64,000 nt of DNA from Anthoceros angustus (lineage: Eukaryota; Plantae; Anthocerotophyta), in the NCBI GenBank assembly GCA_010909165.1, contig VJWM01000025.1:1488001-1552000 (forward strand), read 5' to 3'. Positions within the stretch are counted from its first letter, which is position 1; the number at the start of each line of letters is the position of its first letter. Both the position numbers and the translations under genes were made by a program. The notes beneath the pieces were generated by a model that saw only the letters and a list, made by a program, of their open reading frames with translations, made no database searches and was not told the DNA's origin. Below, one piece after another: positions 12,738 to 25,900 of the stretch.

Positions 12738-13632
12738 TAGCTGTGCCAGCAAGCTCGCGAAATTGGAGGTCTTGGTGGTTGGCATTGCGTCTTCACACTT
12801 TTTTGGTCCTCCGTCATGAACGTTCTGAGCTTGCTGAGAGATGTTTGAGAGCTTTCGTTTTGTTTTGAACTTCGAAGACTGGACTGCGTAGATTCGCACG
12901 CTCATCAGGTTTGTGGGTCGCTTCCAAACCGAAGGGTCTGAAGAACGCGTGGTGCCTAGCATACTGAACGTGAGTAGTATGTAGGCCTCACGTGATTTCT
13001 GTCAAGCACCCCTAGTGAGCTGCAACGAAGCAAGGAACCTTCTGTGAGCCAAGCAAAGGAGTCTTTGAAAGTGCACCTATAACCTGAGCATGGCCTCTTG
13101 AAGGGACTCTTGCTACGAGGCTACAATGAAAATGAACGGTTCCAGTCATTTTACTCCGCCTCAGGCGAGGTCTGTTCTGTTCTGGGTGACGTAGAGACTC
13201 CGGTGACCGGTAAATGGTCATTTCGGACCGGAAATGAGTTCACCCTAGTTCACCCATGTCATCGCTGGTTTATCCTCTGATGATGCATACAGAGGCTGGG
13301 AAGGCTTGCAAGGCTCCCTGGTTCTTTGAGGGGTGCTCTGTCCCCGAGAAAATCGGCATAAAGCCTTGTCACTCAAACAGAACGGTCGTTCACAATCCTG
13401 TGCAATCCTCTATCTATCTAAGACCTATTAGGGAGTTCCGAGGAAGACCTCGGAGTCATGTAGGGGATCTGCCAACCAATTTTGTTTAGGAGCAGCAGTT
13501 TAGGAGTGGAACAGTTGTCTCGAGAACCCTAGGTGCCCGAAGCACACGTGCCGCATACATACGTATAAGTAGGAGACTGTGTGCACGTTGGTTGCGTTTG
13601 GACTGAGGGTGCGTCCGCTTGAGGGAGCCAGG

Positions 13633-16600
13633 ATGGCGTACAGGGACGCTGACGACGATGAGGAGGAGGTTGCGGAAGAGGAAGAGGAGGAGCAAGACGA
13701 GGAGGAGGAAGAGGAAAGGCCCTCTCGCAAGCGGAAGAAGCATAAGGCCGCAGCTTACATTGACGATGTGGCTGAGGAGGATGACGATGAGGAGGAGGAG
13801 GAAGACGAGCCAGCCAGGAGGAAACGGCGGGTGCGGCACGCCTCCGAGTTCATCGATGACGCGGCCATTGATGCCAGTGACGAGGAGGAGGAGGAGGACG
13901 AGGAGGAAGAAGGTGCCGGGGTCTGATTCCTCGCTGCCTGCGCTCGCCCGGGGCGGCCGCTGCGGTCACGGGAGGGAGGAAGCGACCTGATGCCTGCCTC
14001 TGCTGCAGGTTTCCTGGACGACGGAGGAGCTGAGTTGCCGGAAGAAGAGGTGCCTACCAGCCGCAGGCCGCACCGGAATCTGCTGCCTGACGACCAGCAG
14101 GAGAACGTGGAGGATTTGGAAAATTTCTTCAGGGAGCGGTACGACGGCCGCCATGCCTACGGGGAGTACGAGGAGGGGGAAACCACGGAGGTGGAGCAGC
14201 AGGCTCTGCTGCCGTCGATCAAGGATCCCAAGCTGTGGATGGTCAGATGCCAGGTAGGAGATGGTGACGTTTGGCTGGGAGGTGTGGAGTGAAGGACAGG
14301 AGATTTCTGAGAAGCTGTGCCGGCCGTTCTGTGTGCAGGTGGGACATGAGCGTGAAGCTGCTGTCTGCCTCATGCAGAAGTATCTGGATCTGGAACACCA
14401 GGGCCAGCCACTGGCCATCAAGTCTGCGGTTGCGCGTGACCATCTCAAAGGACTTTTCTATGTGGAGTCGGAGAAAGAGGCTTACGTGAGGCGGGTGTGT
14501 GGCTCGCAAGTCCGGTTAGGTCATGCTCTCGGTAGGTGGAATCTTGCGTTTGAGGGTGTGTGGAGGAAGTAGGTGATGGCGTTGTGGTGTTGTGGATGGC
14601 AGGCAATCAAAGGCATGCGGATTATTTTTCAGGGCAAAATCACCCTCGTTCCGATCAAGGAGATGGCAGATGTGCTGTCAGTGAGGAAGAAGACCATTGA
14701 CATTGCTAACGAGAGCTGGGTCAGGATTAAGAATGGCGTCTACAAGGGTGACTTGGCAAAGGTAGGGTGGTTGGTCTGTTTTGCATAGTACTCTGCGTTT
14801 CAACACTTTTCACGAAGCGCAGCTGTTACATTGTGTATTGTTGGAATCAGGTAGTGGATGTGGATCATGTAAAGCAGAGGGTGAGGGTTATGCTGATCCC
14901 CAGGCTTGATCTGCAAGCTCTTGCTGCGAAGCTCCAGGTAAGGCATGTGCCTATTAATTGGCATTATTTTGTGCTGCTCTCTTCATTCGAGGCAGACAAA
15001 TCACTATCCTTATTGAAGGTGGGTTTTCCTAAATTGACGTGCAGGATAATGGAGATGACAGGGACAAAAGGAAGACTTTGAGGCCAGCTCCACGGTTCTT
15101 GAACGTTGAGGAGCTCAAGTAGGCCATCCCACTCTCTTCCTGCATGTCTCTTGTTCACGCGTTCATGCAGCAGGTTCAAGCTGCTGTATCAACCTGATTC
15201 AAACCTTTGCTGCTGTGCAGAGACATGAGAATCCCTGTGGACCGTAGGCGTGATGGATCGACGGGAGAACTCCTTGATGTTTTCAATGGGATGACTTTCA
15301 AGGATGGTTACCTGTACAAGATGGTCTCTCTGAAGAGTGTGGATACCAATGTGGTCCCAACTTTTGATGAGCTGCAGAAATTCCAGAAACCTGGAGAAGA
15401 TGGCAGTATAGATGCAGTGAGGCTTCCCTCAGCATTGACCTCAAAGGAAAGGGGCAAGCTGATGAAGGGTGATGCTGTTGTGATAATCGGAGGAGACTTG
15501 CAGAAATTGATGGGATATGTGGAAAAGGTTGATGAAAACACGGTATACATCCGTCCAAAGGATTTGTCCCTGAAGGTAATTCCTGTCCTCTTGATTGTTT
15601 TTTTTGTTTCACTCATCTGCAGGATGTAGCAGATCGGTTAACACAGTATATCACTCTACTTGATTAACCCTTCGATGTGACAGGGAATCATTGCTGTGAA
15701 TGAGTCACAAGTGCGTAAACTCTTCAAGACTGGAGATCATGTGAAGGTGATCAGAGGGGCTCATTTAGGATCTACTGGAATGGTGGTAAAGGTGAACCAA
15801 CTTTCAGTGGTTCTTCTGAATGATACCACAAAGGAGGATGTAAGTGATGCTTGTGGACCAGTGGGGCTTTTACGTGCGTGCATGTGTACTTTGGTCTTGG
15901 AGCCGACAATGCGTGTGTAATGCTCTGACAGATTCAAGTTTTCACAGCTGATGTCGTGGAGAGCTCAGAGGTCACAACAGGTCTTTCAAAGTTGGGGGAT
16001 TATGAGCTACATGACCTTGTGCTACTGGAGTAAGATCATATTTTGCATGCATTCCAGTAATTGCCAAAATTTTAATATCCTCTGATGCAAAAGCGATGTT
16101 TGGTTCTGTTGGGCAGTCAAGCAACTGTCGGTGTGATCATTAGGGTCGAGCCAGATGGTTGTCAGGTATCAAAAAGATCTGATGCATTGCTCCTTGCTAC
16201 TTGCTCCTCACGGTTTTCTGTTGAATTGTATGCTTGACTCTTGTAGTGCCATGGACTGACCCTTCGCAGATTCTGAAGGGCAACACTGAAAAGGCAGAGG
16301 TGATAACTGTTAAGCAGAGAGACATGAGGAAGAAAATCTTTGACAGGAAGGCATATGCTGCCGATGGGGATGGGAACATGATCAGTGTGAAGGACATTGT
16401 ACGAGTGCGTGATGGTCGCTACAAGGTACCTGTCCTGCCTTGTACAAGCTGGGAATGTTCACTTCTGGTAGACATCAGTTAGCGAACTTGAGTCTCGGTG
16501 TAGCTGATGCAAGTGATGTACAGGGTAGACAAGGACCCGCAGAGCACATAAACCGTGGCGTCCTATTTATATATGATTGTCACCACTTAGAGAACGGTGG

Positions 16601-19316
16601 CTTCTTTTGTGTGCGATCACAAGCCTGCGTTGCACTTGGGGGTACAAGAAGTGGGAACGAACGAGTGGTAAGTCCTTTGTTATATGTGTTCAGCGTGCAA
16701 AGGATGTTGGGCAAAGCGTATAGGTGGTCTGTATGTGGACCGTAATGTTTGAGATTGATTACATCAGGGTTTTGGTTTGATGCCGCTGGTGGAATCTGAT
16801 TGGCATTTGGATTATGTGCCTGTAATTCAACGTGTCTGCAACTTTGGACGTTCTTGCAGAAAACGGTTACATCAAGCTTCAGAGACCTACATCCTCCATC
16901 TCATTACCTGCAGTCGCCGCGACGAACTCCAGTGCAGGATGTTTATCAACCTCATACTGGTAGGTTGTGTGGATTTCCACTGGTCTTGTGTGATGGGCCT
17001 ATGTTTTCTAGGTGGACCAACTTTGGTGACAGAGAAATTGACTGCAGGGTTTGGAGGAGGTTATGGTGGCCGAAATGAGGGCCATGCTCGAAGGGATGAA
17101 GGGCTAGTTGGGAGGACAGTCAAGATAAGATTGGGGCCGTTCAAAGGTTACCGAGGCCGTGTAAAGGATGCTACAAGCACCACTGTCCGAATTGAACTAG
17201 AGTCTCAAATGAAGGTGGTTACAGGTAAGCGTTTGTGTCGTCCTTGGTGTGTTTGTCCAGAAAATGTTCCAAACTCTAAACTGCCCAATTCAGAGGTGCT
17301 GTCTATCTTGGATCTTGTGTCTGAGCCTGAATCTGATGTGTGGCAGTGCGGAGAGATCAACTCTCAGACATTGGTGACATGCCGATGGTTTCGACCTCCT
17401 TCAGGTCTGTGCTACTGTGATGGACTCAAGTCAATAGCTTGGAAGGATCTCTTGTTGGAACTGTATTTACCCTCTAGCTGATACGTGCAGGGAATCACCT
17501 AGATATGGACTTGGTAGTGAAACACCTATGCACCCTTCCAGAACTCCCATGCATCCAGGCTCCTTAATGACTCCCATGCGGGATCCATCAGGTGAGTATG
17601 ATCAATTTCATTGCTTTGAAATAGCCTTGCCTCTGTATGATCATGCTCTGATGTTCCTTTTCTCCCAGCAACACCCATTCATGAGGGTATGCGGACGCCA
17701 ATGCGGGATAGAGCTTGGAACCCACATGTTCATATGACTCCTTTGAGGTTTGTATTTCTATCATCTTCATGGCAATATGCCCAGATTGTATACAGCATTT
17801 ATCTCTTGCTCACTGTCCACTTCAAGTCTGTTGCTCTTAGCATGCTGGTCCATTGGCTGGTTTTTGTCATCTGTGAATGCATCTACTTGGGACTGCAAGC
17901 CTACCTGACTGTGGAGTGTTGTTGAGCTAGATGCTTAACAAGTGCTGCTCTCAAGTGCATATCTTTATCGTATGTCTGTCCTCTGATGTAAACTCAAAAC
18001 TGATGATCTTTGATCATAGAGTGGTGGCAGGCTCCCTTGTCCCTCCCCTTTTGTCCTCTTTGTTTTATTTCTCTCTCTCCCCTGGTCTTTTGTCTTGTAA
18101 GTCGGGGATCACCTGCCAAGAACCACCGCTGATGCTCTAGCTATGAGAGCTGAGGACAAAGTCTGGATTAAAACTTGGACTATGCTTTGTTGGCGTTTCT
18201 GAAAATTCACGAGAAATTTTTCATTCCGTCAAGGGGGCAGCACCTTGTTTGGGCCAGGTTTGAGTGGCTGTGTTGGTTGTGGGCAGGGATAATTCTTGGG
18301 ATGACTCCAATCCGAGCACGTGGAATGCCTCTACACCACAGTATCAGGTGCCACATATTGCGCTGGGAATCATGTTATGAGGTTTGTAGTCTGTCTGCGG
18401 CCACTTGGGGGATCATACTTGTACTTGTATGTGCAACAGCCTGGAACACCTGGTGGGCGACCATATGAAGCGGCAACGCCTGGTGATAGCTGGGCGAGTA
18501 CACCTGGACCGAGCTACAGAGAAGCTACTCCTGAAAGTTCTGTGAGCAGTTATGGTACGACACTATTCAGTTTCCTATGCTTCAGTTTGGCGAGTTCCTT
18601 GCCTGGCAGGGTGTGCTTTCTGATGCCTCTTCTTGACGTGCGTGTTTGCATCCAGGAATCGCACCAAGTCCATACATGTCAGAGCCTGGTGGTCCACCAA
18701 TGACTCCTGGTGCCCCCACATTCCTCCTCCCTGGTACTCCTGGTCAGCCAATGACTCCTGGCACAGGGTCCCTAGAACCTCCGTCACCAGCGTCAGGTTG
18801 GTTTTTCTTACTTTAAGAGGACTGGGGGAAAATTGGGGTTGGATTTGCCGCTGAAGGCTATCCGGTGTTTTGTCCGACAGGAGTGAGCAGCCACGATGCA
18901 GAAAGCCAATGGGGGTTGCCAGATGTTATTGTTACGGTTCGCGCTCATGGTATTGGAGTCATTCGCGATGTCTTGATGGTGAGTGACTGCAGTATTGCAT
19001 GCAAGTGGTTGACATAACTGTGATGCTCTCTTTGGTGGAGAAGGTAACAGTTTGCACTTTGTACAAACAGGATGGCAACTGCACCGTGGCACTTGGAATG
19101 GCTGGTGATGGTGAGAATATCATTGCAAGCCACTCGGAAATGGAACTAGTATTACCCAAGAAGACAGACAAGATCAAGATTGTGTTGGGCGAACTTCGAG
19201 GCAGCATCGGGAAGTTAATCGGCATCGATGGTGCTGATGGAATTGTGAAGATGGATGAGACTTTAGAAATAAAGATCCTAGATATGAGTAAGCTTGGAAG
19301 AATGTTAGCGACATAG
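13633..19316 (+). CDS. SPT5: Transcription elongation factor SPT5, copy A (multi-exon, apparently intact)
   Basis: Acidic N-terminus, NGN domain (LLPSIKDPKLWMVRCQ, GHEREAAVCLMQK, DHLKGLFYVE), KOW motifs (FKTGDHVKVIRG, GRTVKIRLGPFKGYRGRVKD), TPMHP/TPMRD C-terminal repeats, and terminal KOW GKLIGIDGADGIVKM. Exons can be joined at GT-AG sites. Confidence 0.95.
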
Positions 19317-19339
19317 AATGACAAGTCCACGACTCTTCA

Positions 19340-20217
19340 TGTAAGAGGGATTACAGCACCAAGCGTAGAGCAAGCAAGGGTGACGTCGAGCGCCTCGTCC
19401 AACAAAACTTTCCATATGGATTCCAGGGCAAGATCAAACACTGAACCAACGCCCACGGGCAACGAGCTTTTCTTCCACGGAAGGGGTCGTGGTGACGGTG
19501 CAGCCCCGTTCCATGGAGAAGGACCTTATGCTGGAGGGCCGTATGCTGTTCTTACGTGCCAGATCCGTGCATCTTTTTTCGCGAAAAAATAAATCAGATT
19601 ACATATGAAGGCACCTAGAGTAACACCCTCACTGTGCAGCTAGTAAGGAAGCAAGAGTCTAGGACCTCGCCAATTCACTCCACATGAGACTAACACTGAA
19701 GGCACCTAGAGCAACACCCCTCACTGTGCAGCTAGTAAGGAAGCAACAGAAGGCACCTAGAGTAATATCAAGGCACCTAGAGTAATATCCCTCACTGTGC
19801 AGCTAGCAAGGAAGCAACAGTCTAGGACCTCGCCAATTCACTCCACATGAGACTAACACGATTCTCAGCGCTCTCAACCTCGCAACACAGCACTAGGCTC
19901 CAAGTAACCTGCCGTCCACTTGGAGCCCGCCTCAGTGGGACACGATTCTCAGCGCTCTCAACCTTGCAACACAGCACTAGGCTCCAAGTACCGTCTATTG
20001 AGGACTCGCTTGACGTGCTGCTCTTTATTGAAAGAATACAATAATCAAATCTGGCTACTGCCCTTGATTCCAAGACAAGCTCACTAGCCAGCTCTCCACA
20101 ACTCTCTCAACACAAAGCTCGCAGTGCACACTTGCCTGCTCTCTCAAAATGAGTCTGACTTGTTTCTCAAAGCCCTTGACCTCATCTAGGCAGCTGTTAA
20201 ATCTAGGGATTCTTACA
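19340..20217. mobile_element. Putative solo-LTR-like insertion with internal direct repeats
   Basis: Begins TGTAAGA (19340) and ends TCTTACA (20211-20217). It starts exactly where SPT5-A/SPT5-B 3' homology stops. Repeated GAAGGCACCTAGAG and CTAGGACCTCGCCAATTC blocks at 19607-19870. No 5-bp TSD seen (CTTCA vs GACCA). Confidence 0.4.
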
Positions 20218-20830
20218 GACCATTGATCACTAAGAGTCTTCTCTAGGCAGCTCTTCATCTGTGGCTGTAGCAATTCCTCTCTAACAAGAGATTGCATGAA
20301 GCATGCAAAACATGCATCTTCTTAACAGATCAACTACTAACTTAACTTTTTACCTCATTTAAATTTTCATCTTTCTACCTTATTTCACCAGTATCGTTAC
20401 TCTCTCCCCCCTTGGAAGATGTCATTGTCCTATCTTTAGCAAATCGCACTATTTACGTGTTGTGTCAATTGCTCATAGTAAGTGGCTGGCGACATATGGG
20501 ACACCTCCTTGCACAAGTGCCCAAGCTCTGTCAAAGGAATTTGTTCATAAGTGTACAAATTGTGTGAAGATTCTCCTCTAGTCACCATCTTTGCTTGGTT
20601 TAGAATTGCCTTTGCATTTACTCCATAAAAATAATGGTAAATACATTTCGATGTGCTGCAGGTAACCCCAGGAAAGCAAGGATGATGGTAATTATCACGA
20701 TTCCAGAAAAAAAATAAAAATTATAATCCCCCTCTATAATATATTGATTTTCCGCACAAAGAAATAAAAAAAATCCCCTCGTCGTTTGGGGGTTAAGCGT
20801 GGGCCATCCTAGGGCCATATGGGCATGAGT

Positions 20831-21045
20831 TGTCCAAATGGCTTAGGCCAAATGGACACACATTGATAAGAACGCCGTGATTAAGCATCCTGAGCTTAGA
20901 TCGGTACTTAGATGGGGTGCTTAAAGGGAATGGATACCCTTGGTGCAAGTAGCTTAGGCACACCATGGTACAAGTTGTCAAGTACCAAGTCCCATGACGG
21001 AAATCCATCCTTAGTGGACTCAAATAAAATTCTTCTTCTTCTTCA
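20831..21045 (+). repeat. Second, diverged copy of the dispersed repeat at 4978-5360, with a single 73-bp unit
   Basis: TGTCCAAATGGCTTAGGCCAAATG...AAGTAGCTTAGGCACACCATG...GTACCAAGTCCCATGACGGAAATCC...TTCTTCTTCTTC is shared with 4978-5360. Confidence 0.85.
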
Positions 21046-22928
21046 CCCATCGCACCGGCAGGGATGAGGGTGGCTACGGCATGGCAGCATCGCTCATGAC
21101 CCCATGCGGCCAGAGGCCTCGACGACCGCTTTGCGCTCACCGGAGGTGAGAGAGTAACATGGTGAGGTAATCTTGGACGAGCAATAAGGTAAATGCGCAT
21201 TAAATCCCATAAGAACTTTAGTGAGCAGGCCTTGAGTAACCCCATCGTTTCTCTCTCATCCGTTGTATGTTTTCGACGTTTAACGATTCTGTTTACATAA
21301 CGGGAACCGTTTAGTGTAGTGGAGTGTGGCGTGAACAGTGTTATGAGATGGTGATGGAGTCCCTGGTAGCTGGTCTGGCACCCCCGTCGGGCCCGCAGGA
21401 GACCCCGATAGAGCCGTCCTAGCCCACATCGTCAATTGTGCGAAGCTGTGCAAGAGGAGCTTGAGGTGAGCTTATGGACTCGCCTGTTCCTCATAATTTT
21501 TACCACCTGGTTGCCCTTGTCCATTTTCTGACTTTTTGTGGATGGGTCCAGTGCTTCAGTGCTTCTCACCATTGGGGTACAGGTGGGCAACCATCTGAAA
21601 ACCGACGATTCTTTCGTGGTAATAATCCTATCCCCTCCACTTGGTTATGCTCCTGCATGTTTTGACTGGATGCAGGCCCTGGTCAGGTTTAGTATACTGT
21701 GTTGGTGGAGCTTGCATGGTGGGTTTTGCTTTGTATCGCAGGTCAGGTGTCTGTCGCCCCTGGATGCATTTCTAACACCTCACGGATAAGTCTTGTATAC
21801 ATCCAAGTCCAGCATGGCAGTGAACGATGATTATAACGTGCCATGGCTTCCATGTGGTGTATTTGGTGAGGGCTTGCTTGACTAGCTCCATCACTAGATT
21901 GGCACCTCGGGGCCAACTTTGGGTGTAAGTCTTAAGTCCTCTCTGTTCGTAAATGTATTATGGACACACATACCTACCAACATATTTTTCAGACTTGGGT
22001 GCTGCAAGCGGAGTGTTGTTTGTGTGTGTGCCTGTGGTGTTTGTGCACAGAAGTCATGCTTGTTCTGATGTCACAGGCGTGATGCGTTGCAGTTTTCAAT
22101 CGCAACTGGACGTTTGACGCAGGCCATTTGGTGCAACAGAGGAGGACTTGGATATCGCAAGTGTACTGCAATGCTTACAAACACTTTTGCAGGATGTTTG
22201 AGTCGTGCGCAGTAGTGGACTGGGAGATGGATCAATCTGAGCGAAACCAGAGGCGTTGAACGAGACCGGATGTGGAAGATAGCCTGAATCTTCCCAAGAG
22301 TAATCCGCGTTGAGCTCGGTAACGCAGCACGGACATTTGAGGCAGACTGTGTGCTCGCTCTCATCCTTCAGAACTGTCATCTACTCTTCCAGTGTTCTTC
22401 CGAATTCCGGGACATCCCTGGTCAGTGTCTGTGTTGAAATTTTCTGAGCGTCCAACTTAGATCCAAAGGAGAAGGCGGGAGTGACTCGTGTGATATCGCG
22501 GAACAGATTGAAACGGCTCCCGTGGAGCAGCTGGACGATGCATATGGTAGATGCGCTGAGACCTAGGGTTTCATGGCCGGAGTCTGTACTGAATAGGCTG
22601 ATAAAGGTGTGAGGAGGGAATTCCAAGAAGGGTTGGAGTCGACGTTTGCAGTGCCTTTCTCCGACCCTAGTCGACGTCGGCAAAGTGCAGAGTCTGCAAC
22701 CGTGGATGTTGCGAGTTCACCGTCCGAGAACCTAAATCTCGAAACACCTAAATTGTACCGTGTCGGATAATATCGTTACAACTTTCGTTTAGGAGGAGCT
22801 AAGCGGAACTTAAAATTCCAGGCTCGAGACGGTAGGTGCCCGGCGAACGTGTGTCCTATATATATGTGGGCGACTATGGCGTTGTCTGCTCTTGGTCTTT
22901 GAGTGTGCGTGAGTTTGCGGGAGCAGGA

Positions 22929-25900
22929 ATGGCTTACAAGGATGATGACGATGATGAGGAGGAGGTGGCGGAAGAGGTAGAGGAGGAGGAGGAAGAGGAG
23001 GAGGAGGAGGAGGAGGAAGAGGAAAGGTCCTCCCGCAAGCGGAAGAAGCACAAGGCGGCAGCTTACATCGACGATGTGGCCGAGGAGGATGACGATGAGG
23101 AGGAGGAAGAAGAGACAGCCAGGAGGAAACGGAGGGTGCGGCGTGCATCCGAGTTCATCGATGACGCGGCCATTGATGCCAGTGACGAGGAGGAGGAGGA
23201 GGAGGACGAGGAGGAAGAAGGTGCTGGGGTTTGATTCCTTTCTGCCTGTGCTTGCCCTGGGCGGCCGTTGCGGCCACGGGAGGGAGGAACCGGCCTGATG
23301 CCTGACCTGGCTCTGCTGCCTGACCTGGCTCTGCTGCAGGTTTCCTGGACGACAGAGGAGCTGACTTGCCGGAAGAAGTGGTGCCTACCAGCCGCATGCC
23401 GCACCGGAATCTGCTACCTGGGGACGACCAGCAGGAGAATGTGGATGATTTGGAAAATTTCATCAAGCAGCGGTACGGCGGTGGCCATGACTACGGGGAG
23501 TACGAGGAGACGGAAACCACGGAGGTGGAACAGCAGGCTCTGCTGCCGTCGATCAAGGATCCCAAGCTGTGGATGGTCAGGTGCCAGGTATGAGGAGGTA
23601 GCCTTTCGCTGGGATGTGCGCGGTGAATTATGAGGGGAACTCCTCTGAAAAGTTGTGCCGGCTGTTGTATGTGCAGGTGGGACATGAGCGTGAAGCCGCT
23701 GTGTGCCTCATGCAGAAGTATCTGGATCTGGACCACCAGGGCCAACCACTGGCCATCAAGTCTGCGATTGCCCTTGACCATCTCAAAGGACTTTTCTATG
23801 TGGAGTCCGAGAAAGAGGCTTACGTGAGGCAGGTATGTGGCTTGCAAGTTCGGCTAGATCCTGCTGTCGGCAGGTGGAGTCTTGTGTTTGAGGGCGTGTG
23901 CAGCAAGCAGGTGATGGTTTTAGTGTGTTGTGGATGGCAGGCGATCAAAGGAATGCGGATGATTTTTCAGAGCAAAGTCACTCTCGTTCCGATCAAGGAA
24001 ATGACAGATGTGCTGTCAGTGGAGAAGAAGACCATTGACATTGCTAACGAGAGCTGGGTCAGGATAAAGAGCGGCGTCTACAAAGGCGACTTGGCAAAGG
24101 TAGGGTGGTTGGTCTGTTTTGCATATTACTATGTGTTTCAAAAAATTTCGCGAAGGGCAGCTAACATTTCGATTGTGTATTGCTGGAATCAGGTAGTGGA
24201 TGTGGATCATGTAAAGCAGAGGGTGAGGGTTATGCTGATCCCCAGGCTTGATCTGCAAGCTCTTGCTGCTAAGCTCCAGGTAAGGTATGTGCCTACTAAT
24301 TGGCGTTATTTTGTGTTGGGCTCTTCATTCGAGGCAGACAAGTCACGACCCTTACTGAAAGTGGGTCTTCCTAAACTGACTTGCAGGATGATAGAGATGA
24401 CAGGGACAAAAAGAAGACTTTGAGACCAGCTCCACGGTTCTTGAACGTTGAGGAGCTCAAGTAGGCCATCCCACTCTCTTCCTGCACGTCTCTTGTCCAT
24501 GTGTTCGTGCAGCAGGTTCAAGCTGCTGGATCAACCTGATTCAAACCTTTGCTGCTGTGCAGAGACATGAGAATCCCTGTGGACCGTAGGCGTGATGGAT
24601 CGACGGGAGAACTCCTTGATGTTTTCAATGGGATGACTTTCAAGGATGGTTACCTGTACAAGATGGTCTCTCTGAAGAGTGTGGATACCAATGTGGTCCC
24701 AACTTTTGATGAGCTGCAGAAATTCCAGAAACCTGGAGAAGATGGCAGTATAGATGCAATGGGGCTTCCTTCAGCATTGTCCTCAAAGCAAAGGGGCAAG
24801 CTGATGAAAGGTGACGCTGTTGTGATTATCGAAGGAGACTTGCAGAATTTGATGGGATATGTGGAAAAGGTTGATGAAAACACGGTATACATCCGTCCAA
24901 AGGATTTGTCCCTGAAGGTAATTCCTGGCCTCTGGATTGTTTTTTTTTGTTTCACTCAGCTGCAGGATGTACCAGATTGGTTAACACAGTGTATCCCTCT
25001 ACTTGCTGAACCCTTTGATGTGACAGGAAACAATTGCTGTGAATGAGTCACAAGTGCGGAAATTTTTCAAGACTGGGGATCATGTGAAGGTGATCAGAGG
25101 GGCTCATCTAGGGTCTACTGGAATGGTGGTAAAGGTGAACCACCATTCAGTGGTTCTTCTGAATGATACCACGAAGGAGGATGTAAGTGATGCTTTTGGA
25201 CCAGTGGGGTTTTTACCTGCGTGCATGTGGACTCTGGTCTTTGTGCCAACAATGCCTGTGCAATGCTGTGACAGATTCAAGTTTTCACAGCTGATGTAGT
25301 GGAGAGCTCAGAGGTCACAACAGGTCTTTCGAAGTTGGGGGATTATGAGCTGCACGACCTTGTTCTACTGGAGTAAGATCATATTTTGCATGCATTCCAG
25401 TAGTTGCCAAAATTTCAATATCCTCTGATACGGGAGCGTGGTTTGATTCTGTTGGGCAGTCAAGCAACTGTTGGTGTCATCATTAGGGTCGAGCCAGATG
25501 GTTGTCAGGTATCAAAGATGATCTGAAGCATTGCTCCTTGCTACTTGTTCCTCAAGGTTTTCTGGTATCGTATGGCTGACTGTTGTAGTGCCATGGACCG
25601 ACCCTTCGCAGATTCTGAAGGGCAACACTGAAAAGGCAGAGGTGATAACTGTTAAGCAGAGAGACATGAGGAAGAAAATCTTTGACAGGAAGGCATATGC
25701 TGCCGATGGGGATGGGAATATGGTCAGTGTGAAGGACATTGTACGAGTGCGTGATGGCCGCTACAAGGTACCTGTCCTGCCTAGTACAAGGTGTGAATGT
25801 TCACTTTTGCTAGAAATCAGTCAGGAATCTTTAGTCTTGGTGTAGCTGATGCAAGTGATGTACAGGGTAGACAAGGACCCGTGGAGCACATAAACCGCAG

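Noticed and set aside
13486-13839. Poly-Ser/Pro/Leu minus-strand ORFs (also 22776-23404)
   Set aside because: They are antisense shadows of the GAG-rich acidic N-termini of SPT5.
20395-20415. Minus-strand polypurine tract (AAGGGGGAGAGAG) as part of a Copia element
   Set aside because: It is not followed by a TG LTR start and no recognisable pol peptide lies upstream.
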